A stretch of DNA of 63,855 bases, counting the filler, from Collodictyon triciliatum (Eukaryota): NCBI GenBank assembly GCA_043381765.1. It is 7 parts of 7 records of this genome, joined end to end, with 100 filler letters (N's around TTAATTAATTAA, not from the genome) between each part and the next. Parts side by side here need not be neighbours in the genome. Positions count along the whole stretch, not along the records: positions 22,951 to 34,317 come from JBHJMP010002417.1; positions 34,418 to 45,784 come from JBHJMP010002418.1; positions 45,885 to 57,251 come from JBHJMP010002419.1; 4 more parts are not named here. One strand, 5' to 3'. A program made the position numbers and the translations under genes. Positions 33,701 to 51,440 of this stretch are shown here, in pieces (position 1 is the stretch's first letter; each line of letters begins with the position of its first letter). Below the pieces are notes generated by a model. That model ran no database searches. It saw only the letters and a program-made list of their open reading frames with translations, and was not told the origin of the DNA.

Positions 33701-34090
33701 TTTTGTCATGGACCAACATTCATGCAAATGGATTGAAAATAAGGAAAAGAGGAGAAAGAAAATAGCGATGATTAATGCGCATCCTTTTTTTTTTTCTGTT
33801 TCTGTCAAGTAACGTGAGCGTGTATCTGGCACAAACCGTGAGAGACTCACCCTTCCTGCCCAATCCCAGGTGTGACCTCCGTAAGCCTGGAGGAAATCAC
33901 TGACCGCTTCAATCTTCTCTATCGTGGTACCCCCGAAAAGCCCGGCCTTTACATGACCGAGAAGCTGCTTGTATCCAAGAGACTGCTCGAGGTCCTGAGT
34001 GCAAACTACAAGATGGGCATAGTCACGGGTCGCCCACGTGAGGAATGCAACATTTTCCTGGAGATGTTTGACCTCGGCAAATACTTCCAG
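30726..34090 (+). CDS. hisC: Histidinol-phosphate aminotransferase (HisC) fused to a HAD-superfamily hydrolase; 3' truncated
   Basis: [65 protein letters not shown]-lysine motif [16 protein letters not shown]. Then, within one exon, SAGRPQDT...[23 protein letters not shown], with GGANNDW and GIVTGRPR in later exons. Confidence 0.88.
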
Positions 34091-34269
34091 GTATGTCACA
34101 CCGTCCCATATACCGAACTCATGGCGAGTGATGCAGATGTGGCCTTCCTTTGAATAAAAGGAATGGGATTTCTCCTTTCCTTTCTCCAATTTTCCCATAC
34201 GCCATTTCCCATTCCCAACTAACAAGCGCTCTCTCACTCTCTCACTCTCTCTCACTCTCTCACTCTCTC

Positions 34270-34305
<36 letters not shown>

Positions 34306-34417
34306 TCCCTCTCCCACNNNNNNNNNNNNNNNNNNNNNNNNNNNNNNNNNNNNNNNNNNNNTTAATTAATTAANNNNNNNNNNNNNNNNNNNNNNNNNNN
34401 NNNNNNNNNNNNNNNNN

Positions 34418-34529
<112 letters not shown>

Positions 34530-34597
34530 AAAACGTCCGGTATTGTTTAAAATTTCTTCAAAGCAACATCTAGCTTGACACGTAATTTTCCCAAAAC

Positions 34598-36152
34598 CTG
34601 GTGATGCGCTCTCTCCATAGCAATATCGTCCCCCATCTACTGTCAGACTTAAATCACTAGATTGATGTAGATTTTACACTTTAGTAGTATGCATTATCTG
34701 GAGAATGTATCTGAAGACATTTATATACAACATATACAAGAGTGTTGGATGGCGAAAGAGCTCAGTTGTGTGACTTGGTACCTGTCTCGATACATCTGCT
34801 GCATAGGATTTCTTAACCAAAATGTATCCCCGTCTGACACTAAAACCTATGTATTAGCAATCATGAGGGCATGTTATCTAATAAACCCATAATAAGGCCT
34901 TGATTAACAAATTCCTTGCAAGTTTACTTTTCTGTTATTTTCTTTCTTCTGATAATAAGCATTGAAAAGTGGGATGCATACATTGTAACCATTGTGAAGT
35001 AATCTTAAGGTGTATAACACTTTAAGGTTAACCAGATCGATGTACTCCCCTTTCATATATTTGAATGCAAGTACAGAAATCCCACTGGATTCGTATTCAT
35101 TGTAGTAAAGAGGAACCTGGAGAAATATGACCATGATACACACTTATGTTTGAGTAAAAGGAAAAAAAAGAAGTATTTTTTGAATCGATTGCAATAATGG
35201 GTCAAAATTCAGTCATTTTTTCCCATGACGAAAAGTTAATAATGTAAGTACATTTTTTATCGTCCGGGTATCATTTAAAGAATTATTCAAAGTTCCTGAG
35301 TTGAACTGAGTTTGGATGTATGCAGCCGCTTCTTTATCCAACGCAATACAAATGTAATTGCTTAAGTTCAATTTCTAAGAGCATTACGCAACTTAACAAA
35401 CCATCAATATATGCAGAAGGTTGGTGCTTGGATTTGAATTAAGTGTTTTGAAGAATAATAAACTTACTTGGAAACTGTTGATCAGGTTCACAGCGAAATG
35501 CACAAAACCCAAATTGACTGACGTATCACATAGAAAAGAAAGAAAATATATAGTTATGAGATACTTGAATAACTAATGGTCTGTTAAAAGGGATAAGTCA
35601 AATTTTGGTAGCGGTAGTTATTGTAAAATTGGATATAAAAAAAAGCTATTATAGCCTGATGAAGGACATACTCGTGATAATAACCAGATCTCCTTTTTCG
35701 TTTGCTCGTTCACCTAAAAGCAGAAAATTGAGGAAGATGATTTTCCCCCCTTTATTCGATTAAAACAAATTAAGAAAGATGATATATGGCTTCCAATTTT
35801 TTCCAATAAAGAATTAGTATACGAGCTAATTCTTCTAAATCGCCAATCTTCATTAGACTTGAGTCGGACTCCTTCATCAATTTCATTTTAATGTTTTGAA
35901 TTGTAAAAAAAAGTGGGATGGCTTTAGAAATAAAAGTATGTTAAAAACTATAAAATAAGTATTTTATACTATTTATTGTTGATGTGATATGTTTTTTTTT
36001 ATATAAAGTACAATTACAACATGGGGTCAAAAGTAAAATTAAGGGTCTAATCACCTCGCTACAGTCACTCCCGCGATTATTCCCCCAACAAAAACAGGTT
36101 CCACGGTCACAATGACCTCTGTAATTGCAATTGTTCGGACAAGTAAATGCTA
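34598..36152 (-). CDS. EGF-like domain + nucleotide-diphospho-sugar transferase (GT77-like) protein; both ends uncertain
   Basis: Exon CPNNCNYRGHCDRGTCFCWGNNRGSDCS (tenascin-type EGF); later exons CIALDKEA and LRLLHNGYN|VLVSDGDTFWLRNP (DxD motif of PF03407/GT77). Confidence 0.68.
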
Positions 36153-36897
36153 TAGAATGAAAAGAATGAATAGAAAGAAAAAGGAAGAGGTTGATCAAAT
36201 AAACGAATTTTTTTATTGCTACATTTTCTATCATACAACAATATATCGATATTGAATTATTGAAAAAGACACACAATTTTGGCCGACCACAGCAGTTGAT
36301 ATGGAGCTCAAAATCTTGCTATCCTCCTAAATAATTGCATTCATAAAAACATAAACAATTGCAATGACACAAATATAATCACAATAAGGCAATTGTGATT
36401 GCGATGACAAGAAAACACAACACAACACAACAAAACAAAACAAAACAAAACAAAACAAAACAAAACAAAACAAAACAAANNNNNNNNNNNNNNNNNNNNN
36501 NNNNNNNNNNNNNNNNNNNNNNNNNNNNNNNNNNNNNNNNNNNNNNNNNNNNNNNNNNNNNNNNNNNNNNNNNNNNNNNNNNNNNNNNNNNNNNNNNNNN
36601 NNNNNNNNNNNNNNNNNNNNNNNNNNNNNAATAGAATAGAATAGAATAAAATAGAATAGAATAGAATAAAATAGAATAAACCAAAGCAAAGCAAAACAAA
36701 ACACAACACAACAAAACAAAACATCATAATATACAATCATAAAGTGAAAAAGAAAAGGAAAATGGATCCCACCATGAGCGAAGCCCACGGAATCTAACAC
36801 AGAAGATATCAAATCGACGTTTCTCATGACCCCTGTGGGAGCGCGGTGTGGGAAAGAAGGTTTCTGTGCCCTGACTTGAAGTACCATGAAGAAGAAA

Positions 36898-36968
<71 letters not shown>

Positions 36969-37099
36969 ATTAAGTGGACTGGTGGAGCGGCCTCACAAAT
37001 GATATTTTAGGTTGCTTGAGACGTTTTTGCATTGTGCTTGCGTTCGTTAACTATTATTCTCTTTAAACAGAGGAACTTTGACGAAACGGGCCTAAAAGG

Positions 37100-41070
<3,971 letters not shown>

Positions 41071-41883
41071 GTAAGCCTATGTTTTCTTTCCAACGAATTA
41101 TGAGATGATATAATAATAATGATAATAATGATAAACAGTAATTCTTGAAGTTTTTGCTTTTTTTTTTATATATATTTGCTTTCCATTTTGAACTATTTCN
41201 NNNNNNNNNNNNNNNNNNNNNNNNNNNNNNNNNNNNNNNNNNNNNNNNNNNNNNNNNNNNNNNNNNNNNNNNNNNNNNNNNNNNNNNNNNNNNNNNNNNN
41301 NNNNNNNNNNNNNNNNNNNNNNNNNNNNNNNNNNNNNNNNNNNNNNNNNNNNNNNNNNNNNNNNNNNNNNNNNNNNNNNNNNNNNNNNNNNNNNNNNNNN
41401 NNNNNNNNNNNNNNNNNNNNNNNNNNNNNNNNNNNNNNNNNNNNNNNNNNNNNNNNNNNNNNNNNNNNNNNNNNNNNNNNNNNNNNNNNNNNNNNNNNNN
41501 NNNNNNNNNNNNNNNNNNNNNNNNNNNNNNNNNNNNNNNNNNNNNNNNNNNNNNNNNNNNNNNNNNNNNNNNNNNNNNNNNNNNNNNNNNNNNNNNNNNN
41601 NNNNNNNNNNNNNNNNNNNNNNNNNNNNNNNNNNNNNNNNNNNNNNNNNNNNNNNNNNNNNNNNNNNNNNNNNNNNNNNNNNNNNNNNNNNNNNNNATTA
41701 TTTGTGGATGCTTTTCTATTCATTACACAATTTGACTAGCGAGCTAATGTGGTTTATTAAATGATGGAAGATAGGTGGTGCATGTGCCGAAATAGTCTTC
41801 CCTTTTTTTTTAAAAAAAAATAAAACAAAAACAAAAAAACAGAATAGAATATCAGCAAAGAATCAGAGTTTGTATGCACAGTG

Positions 41884-43248
41884 TCAAACTTGGATAGGAT
41901 TATGTGAGTGGATGTATCTGCCGGTGATGGGTCTTCCTTCAAGAATGTATATCATAACCCATACAGCTGCACACACAGACCAAGGGATAACGCATCCGAG
42001 AAATAAGGCCTTTCCAAGCTCATCAGAGTTCTGAGCATGATTTGGGTGTTCCGTTAGAAGAAATACAAATATTGGATACATTTTCTTTTCTTCTTTCATC
42101 TGTACTCTATATATTATCTTTTGCTCTTCATCTCCTTATGGCATATTTTCTATTTAAAAGTTATCGTATTTTTTTTTTGGGTTTTGGTTTTTAGATATTG
42201 TTGGCTGCTAAAAAAAAAGAAAAAAGAAGGGGATTTAGAACAAAATACATGCTCTTTTTCTCTTTTTGATAATCTTGAGTCGAACGGGGACTTTTCGGAG
42301 TCATAATCATACTTTATGGTGAGGCGATTTAGAATCGCCATAGAAATGGTGAGAAAAATTGTGACAAAGAGATAGATATTTAAATGAGTATATATCTGTA
42401 TAATTGGATACATAAGTGGTTTCTAATATGCAAAACGAAAAAAATTATCAACAATACTTGTAGCTGAGCTAGAACTGCAACCAAAATAGATCCAAGAGAA
42501 CTAATTAATCCCTCAACCATGACCCGAACGATGCGTGCAAAGTTTAATTGCTGTGTCATATATTAAAGAACGATAATGTAATGTTAAATAAAGATAAAAC
42601 GAAATATATAAACAATTTGGATCAATTAATGGGACGAGAAAAAAAAAGATAAATAAAATGGAGACTTTCGACGATGATTTCATCATCAAAAAAGAACGGA
42701 GAATAGAAGAGGGAGATTGATGAATATTCTATTCATTCATATATTAAATAATGATAGCCACAAACATCAGGAGCTACAGATTGTTCCAAGAACGGAGTGA
42801 TGCACGCTTCGAGAACGAAGGACGCGAAGAAACCCATCATGAGCATCACGATAGGGTAAGCCCACTGCACGTTCGAATGATTCGGAATAACAATGAATGC
42901 GATATATGCTAGTGGAATAAGCATCAAGATGAAGAGATGACCCGTAACAAAGCGTTGTAAACCCCAACATTGACGAAAGTCTACCGGCTCTTGTGCAACT
43001 AACCGACCACAAATCGAGCCCAGAGAGACGAAAATAACACATATTCCAACCGTGATTCCGATGGATGTTTCAGATGACACGTTATACTGTAACAGCGAGG
43101 GGAAAAATGACAGACCCTCCAGAGGCACAGAGCAAAACCCACCCTATGAAATTACTCATGACGAATGCACATGTATTTTCCTTCGCAAGGAATATAGATC
43201 TCTTATAATAATAATAAATAATAATAAATAATAATAAATAATAATAAA

Positions 43249-43280
<32 letters not shown>

Positions 43281-45592
43281 AAACTTACCAAAAACAAGCC
43301 ACAAACTATGTTTTTGGTCTTCCATGTCGGTCTAATGCGTTCTGGCATAAAAATGGAGTACGGAGACTTTGATGTAGCAGCGACTCCCTTCACTGAAGCA
43401 CTATATGGAAAAGATGGCGTGTCCTTTTCAGAAAAGGTGGTGATGTCTGGTGTCCGAAAAACTGGTGAATAGTAAGAATAGTAAGGATCACGCGGAGAAA
43501 ATAAAAATCCTTCATTTTGGTTATCTGTTCGCTTTAGAGATGGTGTGTGTTTGTTTGAAATCTTTGGAAACTGGTTGTCTTTGGTCGCAGAAACAGCAGT
43601 GTCCCGTCTTGGGACATAAATCAGATATAATGTCACTGAACAAGCAGCATTGATGCACAACAATGTGATAATCAAAAGAGGCCAGCCGTCAAGGTAAATA
43701 TCATTTGTATCATTGTCACTATCCTGTGGTTTTCCAAATCTCTTATATGTGCGTATTGAATTATGGAACATGTTCTCTACATTCGAAATTTTAGGACTGG
43801 ACGACTCAATATAAAAAGCTGTAAAAGAAAACGTACGTGATTGCCTTGGAAAATTACTTTGAGAATGAATCCGACGAGGGGATTCTAATGTAGGAAGGGG
43901 AAGCGGACGAGCAATCATTTGTGTTGAAATTGGTGTTGATGTTGATTGCGAGGAATGTGTCTGTGAAGTTTTCGGTATTTGCGAGTATGAATCTGCTGAT
44001 TTCGTGAAAAGGGATGAATGAGAATGCATCGAGAAGGAGGGTCTTGGCGCTATCGGACTTGTTGAATTTGTGAAAGAAATAGAATCAACACGTTCCATGG
44101 TGGCTGCTGATAGGTGAGCTGCCCACATTGTTACCAGCAAAGTTGTGAATAAAAGACATGTATGGAAAACTGAATCGGTAATCTCCAAGGTCGCAAAATT
44201 TTGGCTCGCCTTGGCCTGAGTAGAGTTCGAAGCACCGTATTTCATCGTGGCGTCTATGTTTGAATTATTGCCAACTTTCCTGTTTTCTTGCACTTGATTT
44301 ACTGCGGCTGTATAGTCAGAAGATGTTACTGAAGAATCCTTGAAGGAGTCATACGAACGAGTCTGGCAATTAATTGCCACCCTCAAAGAATCTTCCTCTG
44401 TGGTATCATTCAAAGTCTCTATCGAGTTGTCAAAGAATTCTTTCAATTGAGATCTTCTTTTCACTTTCCATCGATTCTTTTCAGAGGGAGAATACACAGC
44501 GTTATTTTGGATACCTCTAGAATGCAAAGCAAAGTCTCTGGATGTGTCTCCACTTGAACTAGGTACAGTTTGTTGCGAAATCTGATCGAGCAATGAACGC
44601 GAGCAGACAAAAATCACTGCAGCTGAAGCACCTGCGGTTGTGGTGCCAATGACTAAACAAGAATACTGGCGGGTAAGAATGAATGCCATAGACACACAAC
44701 TCAGCACAGAGGCCCATATCAAAGCCCTTTGTCGACGCCCAATAATTTTCCTCAGCATGAGCAGAGACCTAAAGGTGGCATCTGCTCGCTTGTCCGTGTC
44801 ATTTTGAACTTCCTTGACTCCATGAGACGAATTCTTATCTGCGTGTTCTCTCCACAAAACATCAGCCTCTACTTGTTCATCATCTTCTTTTGACACCCAG
44901 CGGATAATCATGGGTAAAGCACACGCATGCGCAAAGGATCGGGACGATGGTAGAATCGACAATCCGATAGGCGTAACGCGAAGTTCAGATCCAATCGCAG
45001 CCATGATGAATGGGATGGAAAGACCCACAAATACTTGGACAGCACAGACCATGTGCAGGACAATTTGCTTACCCATAAGCAGCCATGCATGCTCATCACT
45101 AGGAGCTATGTAATGACGAGGATGTGTAAAGTGCGTCGAATCTGGCGCATCCATCGCATCTATCGGATTTCCAGAGCGTATGGAGACGGAGACAAAAGAT
45201 GAGCTTGAATCGTGAGGGTTTGGGGGGCTAGGCTTGTGTGCATGAGAATCAGATGATTCGCTCTCTTCGCCGTTGTCATTTTCGTTCTCACTGCTGCTGT
45301 TACTATTACTGTTGCTGCTGTTACTATTACTGCTGCTGCTGTGATTAGTTCTGGATTTCTGCTTTTTCAGCCTGCTAAGCCGCGTCGATGTCCTGCCGCC
45401 TTGCCTGGGCCTTGTTGGAGCGCCTGTTTGTCGGGAGGGTCTCGGGGCAAAAGAAAAGTAGGCGTGCGGGTTGTATGAGGATGTCTCTCCGAAGTCCTGG
45501 GACACGTCCGAATTGGCAGGGCTTTTTGGCTCTTTGGCTCTGCCTGGTGTGGCGAGCGCAGAGATACTTCCGAAGCTGCCTTCGTGCATCAT
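41884..45592 (-). CDS. Divergent spinster-like MFS transporter with long low-complexity loops
   Basis: TM pattern IPFIMAAIGSELRVTPIGLSILPSSRSFAHACALP and C-terminal NSDELGKALFLGCVIPWSVCAAVW resemble spinster-like MFS proteins; multiple TM segments. Confidence 0.6.
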
Positions 45593-45716
45593 TCTTTGGT
45601 CCCGCGGTGTGCCTGTATTGTTTTGGTTGGGTCAAAGTTTCACTGAGAATACATTTTATTTTATTCTGTTTTTGTTTTTGTGTTTGTGTTTGTTTTTGTT
45701 TTTTTTGTTTTTTTTT

Positions 45717-45784
<68 letters not shown>

Positions 45785-45884
45785 NNNNNNNNNNNNNNNN
45801 NNNNNNNNNNNNNNNNNNNNNNNNNNNNTTAATTAATTAANNNNNNNNNNNNNNNNNNNNNNNNNNNNNNNNNNNNNNNNNNNN

Positions 45885-45943
<59 letters not shown>

Positions 45944-46224
45944 AAAAAAACAAAAAAAACAAAAAAACAAAAAAAACAAAAAACAAAAAACAAAACGGAA
46001 AAACAAAAAACAGAAAACAGAAAACAGAGAAGCTTTGAGTATATTGTTATTACTATCTATTAATTATTATTACTATTTTAATTATTTATTTATTACTGTT
46101 GGAGACTGGGGCTTCGTTTTTTTTTTTTAATTATGTTTTTGTTGTAACCAAATCCTGTAGAAGGAGCACCCGCCCGACCATCTTCATCAACTCCGAATAG
46201 GAAGAAACCACAGCGAAGGGCATA

Positions 46225-47279
46225 ATGGTTTGTCATCATAGCCACTTGGCCGGGTCTCTCACAGAAGACTACTTCCTCGTACTCAGAGATTTCTTGTTTC
46301 ATTTACAATGATGCACTGGCGTATTATTACCTATATAATATATAAGTAATAATACGACATGTACCTTGATTTACAATACAAACTCTCTTCCTCTTTTTTA
46401 CACACTGAAGGCAGTGACACTACACACAAACCTGGGCGATCTCAAGCTGGAAGTTATGTGCGACTTGGTTCCCAAAGCCGCAGAGGTGCCGCCCTCATCC
46501 ATCTTTGTCTATTCCTTCTCACTAATCACGTTATACTTGATGCATATTTTGGCACAACATCCCGCCCATTTTCCAGCATGCTGGATTTTCAATTTTCCTT
46601 AAGATTATGCCATCATCGCAGCAATATAAATGTTTATGACCTTATATCAATACTTTTAGAATTTCCTCGCTTTATGTGCAAAAGGATATTACGATAACAC
46701 GCAGTTTCACAGGTTCATTTTTATCCTTTTTTTTTAAAAAAAAAAATCTCCATTGTTAAGCATCTTATTGATGTCTGTGTAATGATCCAAACTCATTTAA
46801 AAAAAGCATACTCCTCATTCGATACTCTTTTTTCTTTTTTCTTCTCTTTTTCTTCTCGCCCTTATTTACCTTTGATTTGGAGAGTTGTCAATCGACTTCA
46901 ATACCCACTTTATCACACATACAGAAACATCAAAGGATTTATGGTACAAGGAGGCGACCCAACAGGTTTGAAAGCACTATTCTGCGCATGCATATCACTT
47001 TGTCTTAAATAAATATATTCCTCATCACTATCCATCCGACGGAGTTCTTCTGTACCCTTCCTATCTCGTAAACGAAACTTCATTGACTTCCATTTGGACC
47101 AACTTAATCTTTGCCTTCTTAACTCACTCGCCGATTATCTGCTCCCCACCAGGCACAGGAAAAGGAGGTCAAAGCATATGGGGCGGCAAATTTGATGATG
47201 AACTCGTTCCAACGCTCAAGGTTCTCTTTCCGAAGTGATATATTATATTCCCTAATCCCTCACTTATATAAATGTAACT

Positions 47280-47345
<66 letters not shown>

Positions 47346-47861
47346 AAGCTTGAAATTACATCCAGCCAAGCAATATCAAATTCACATACAGACCCACCCT
47401 TTCCATGCATAGCACAACGCACGTGGAATCGTATCGATGGCCAACAGCGGAGCAAATACAAATGCATCCCAGTTTTTCATCACATACGCTAAACACTCCC
47501 ACCTAAACAACAAATACACCATCTTTGCAAAGTGCGTTTCAATAAGTCACCCTCCACTGCCCCAATACAAGTTCTTTTCCTCTTGCATGCAAAGTCGCTT
47601 CCATGAAACCATTTCATACGTAATTATCACACCAATATTCAACCCAGGAAGTTGAACTGACGCAGTCTCTTTAATCACACCGATATTTTTATCAGCACAT
47701 CTGTGTTTGCGATTGATGTCTTATTTTACAGGGTTATTGATGGATTCGACACTCTCGATGCTATGGAAAAAGTCCCAAGCGACGAGAAAAACCGGCCGAC
47801 TCATCCGATTACAGTGGAGTCCATCACAATACACGCAAATCCCATCGCCGACCGGGCATAA
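46225..47861 (+). CDS. PPIL3: Cyclophilin-type peptidyl-prolyl isomerase-like 3
   Basis: [16 protein letters not shown]...|[48 protein letters not shown]...[18 protein letters not shown]...[11 protein letters not shown]. Confidence 0.92.
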
Positions 47862-48124
47862 ATAAATCGCAGGGCAGCTCAAATGGTGGCGCTCATGATA
47901 TTCAGAAACGCATCAATAGGAGTGATGCATATGTTTTCGCGATTTTTTTTCTTCCTCCCTCCTGCAACCAACATACTCGCTGTATTTTCTTCTTTATATC
48001 AACAAATTCGTGTTTCTGGTAGTTGAACTAGGAGTAGATATTCAAGAACAGGGTTTGAAGCAGAAGAGAAATAGTGAAGGATTGTGTATGTATAAGAAGG
48101 GATTTCTCTTTCTCTCCTTCCTTG

Positions 48125-49260
48125 TCATGGTTCGGAAGGAACGTCCTCTAGTGTGGGTGGAATCGGAGTTTTCATGCGCAACGCATCCTCGCCTGTAATC
48201 GGGTTGCAAGAATTGTACTTTTCGTACATGTTTTTTGCACGCACATCTTTTCGGTACTGAGTGAAAAGGAGCCCATCAGTATTGATACTCTCAGTGACGA
48301 ACGACAGCAAGTATTTTTTTATAATAAAATAAATTGAAAGCATATGGAGCAAATTACGATAAAATTAAAGTTTTTCTTCAAGAGATATTCATATGACCAA
48401 ATGAACAGGGACGCAGAAACTTACAATCTTGAGGTCGTCGTAGTACTTTAAAGCTTTCCCTTCGTGCGTTGAATGATATTCTAAAGTGAGGAAATTGTAT
48501 GGAACACTCCCTCCGTTGGTACGGCTGGTTCGTGATGCCCATTTCTTTGATTCCTGCTCCTTGCATGCTTGCAAGTTGGCCCAGCGTTGCTCCTCGCGTT
48601 GCGCATTTTGTCTCCTGGTTTTGATGGGAGAAGTAGAAAAATCAGCCACCAAAATGAAATCTCAGAGATGGTTGGTAAAGTGGCCGAGATGCTAATGAAG
48701 CCTGACAGCTCTCATTATTCTGATTGCAAAGAACTTTGAAGCAAAGTATTGTAAATAAAAAGAAAACCTTTTGCAATCAATCACGTCCTCATAGTGCTGC
48801 TTTCTGAACTCGCGTTCTCGGGAAAGCGCAGAATCGCGGCTTTTTTCAAAACGAGTGATTTCTATGTGTGGATAGTAAACGTTATCGGGGGATTGATATG
48901 TATGCTTTTCTTTACCTGGAAATATATGGATGATAATAAAAATAAGCTCGACATCAAGTAAAACAGTTATTGAAATAGAAAATATCTTTTTGAATGAGAA
49001 TGAATAGGATTGGCGAATAATGATGCCGGGTTTGCTCACGTAAGAAACTACCAGGAAGAGTTCATCATGAAAAGTATATGATATGATTCTAAGAGAGAAT
49101 GGATCGAATCGAGGAGAAATTAAAACATGATTACAATACCAGTAATGTGGAACGAAGAGTCCTCGGCAGGGGCGAATATGCTGAAGAGTTGGCTCTGGTT
49201 GGCATATCCGTAGCGCTTTTGGGTTTTCCCAGGAGGTTCGGCACGCGGGAATTCGGCCAT
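48125..49260 (-). CDS. Hypothetical multi-exon protein
   Basis: Spliceable exons from MAEFPRAEPPGK to GGSVPYNFLTLEYHSTHEGKALKYYDDLK|YRKDVRAKNMYEKYNSCNPITGE...EP*. Confidence 0.6.
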
Positions 49261-49630
49261 CGAGCGCGGCGTATTCGGCGGCCTCTGCAGGCGAACGAAG
49301 TTTGGGTTATTGGTAAATATTAGGGATGTGTGTGGAGAGAACACCAAGGTTGGATCGGATGAGTATGCAGATATATGTCTATTGTCGAGTCTTTTTGCTA
49401 TTTTTGAGGAGCGGAACCCTCGAGAGATATCACACAGCTTAGAAAACACGTGTAATTGTAGTTTTATTGCTTTTTTTTTTGTTTATGTTCTTGTAAAAAG
49501 AAATAAATTGGAATGGGAGTATATGTTATTATGATGGTTTGTGTTGGGCTCCAGAGTCGATTAAGACACTTACGACGGAAGGAAGCGACGAAGAACGGGC
49601 TGCGCTTCTTTGAGATCCGACAGTATACAT

Positions 49631-50621
49631 CTTGTGTTTATGATTTGTGTTAATGATTTGCCTTCTTTTTGATTTGTGATTTGTGTTTATGTTTTTGTCT
49701 TCTTTGTGATTTGTGTTTAAGATTTGTGTTTATGTTTTTTGTGTTTTGTGTTTTGTGTTTATGATTTGTGTTTTGTGTTTACCATTTGTGTTTGTGATTT
49801 GCCTTCTTTGTGTTTTTGTGTTTATCATGTGTGTTTATGATTTGTGTTTATTTTTGTGTTAATGATTAGGGTTTATTATGTTTTTGTGTTTATCATTTGT
49901 GTTTTGTCTTTGTGTTTTGTGTTTTGTGTTTTGTCTTTGTTTTGCGTTTATGATTTGTGTTTGTGATTTGCCTTCTTTGTGATTTGTGTTTATGATTTGT
50001 GTTTGTGTTTTGTTTATCATTTGTGTTCTGTGTTTTGTGTTTATGTTTTTGTGCTTATGTTTTTGTGTTTATGTTTTTGTGCTTATGATTTGTGTTTTGT
50101 GTTTATGATTTGTGTTTGTGATTTGCCTTTTTTTTTTATGTTTTTGTGTTTATGATTTGTGTTTATGATTTGTGTTTATGATTTGTCTTCTTTGTGATTT
50201 GTGTGTAAGATTTGTGTTTATGTTTTTTGTTTTGTCTATGTTTTTGTGTTTATGTTTTTGTGTTTATGTTTTTGTGTTTTGTGTTTTGTGTTTTGTCTTT
50301 GTTTTTGTTTTGTCTATGTTTTTGTGTTTTATTATGTTTTTGTGTTTATCATTCGTGTTTATCATTTGTGTTTTATTATGTTTTTGTGTTTTGTGTTTTG
50401 TCTATCTTTTTGTGTTTATGATTTATGTTTGTGATTTGTGTTTTTGTGCTTATGATTTGTGTTTATGTTTTTGTGTTTATGTTTTTGTGTTTATGTTTTT
50501 GTGTTTATGATTTGTGTTTTGTGTTTTGTATTTTGTCTTTGTTTTTGTTTTGTCTATGTTTTTGTGTTTATCATTTGTGTTTATCATTTGTGTTTGTTGT
50601 GTTTTGTGTTTTGTGTTTTGT
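49631..50621. repeat. ~1 kb degenerate compound G/T-rich satellite (TTTGTG / TTTATGA units)
   Basis: Directly visible; strongly T/G-biased with few C and A. Confidence 0.9.
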
Positions 50622-51440
50622 GGATCAGCGCGCAACGGAACCGTCTGAATATAGTATCAATAAATCGCTATAAAAAGGAATCATACCAAATGAGGCTGTT
50701 TTAAACAAAAGATGATCTATTACATTTTTTTTTTTAATCTTGTTCTATTTCACAGTACATATATTTTTTGCAGTCACTCGTTCAATATCCCATCCCGAAG
50801 TCCGGTGTATTTCATTTTCCATTTTTCTTATCAGATATTCTGTTTTTATTATTCCACTGCCGTCTCTATGTCCCTTTGATCTATTTTTTTCTTCATCGTT
50901 TTCTTTTCTTTTTCCAGTCTTTTTTTTTTAACAATCATTTTTCGGTGCCTGCATCGCTATTCATTTTTAAGGTATTTGCCTTGCTTATTTTCCCCCTGTG
51001 GACGTGCAAACTTTACTGAATAAACTTGCTTTTGCATTCGCTTGGTAGTTGAAGAGACATCCCAGATTTATTTTAAGGGAAAATGTCTCATTCACGCTCC
51101 AGTTCGCTTCGTAAGTATTTCAATCTGGTGAACCTTGCCTTCAAATTGTCCCATACGCAAGCCATTTGTATTTGTAAACTCGCAAAAAAGGGCCCCTTTT
51201 CTTTTCTTTTCCAATATTTAATGGTATTTAATCTATTCAGAAAACACTCCAAAGGGGTTTGTTTTTATAGTGCGCTCTACTGTCTTCCTTTTAGTGTTAA
51301 TGGACAAATTCAGATGAAAATATATCGATGAATTATTTTTTTTTATGATCGCTACATTGTGTTCACATTTAATTATACAAAATGTTGGAGGATATAAACC
51401 TGATATGCAACCCCATCACTGATTAATATTACTCACCACA

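Noticed and set aside
49631-50621. Telomeric array
   Set aside because: Only one TTAGGG, irregular units, internal position
50172-50704. Hydrophobic Cys/Phe/Val ORFs as membrane proteins
   Set aside because: Translations of the G/T satellite; same for poly-F/K/L/I ORFs from other microsatellites
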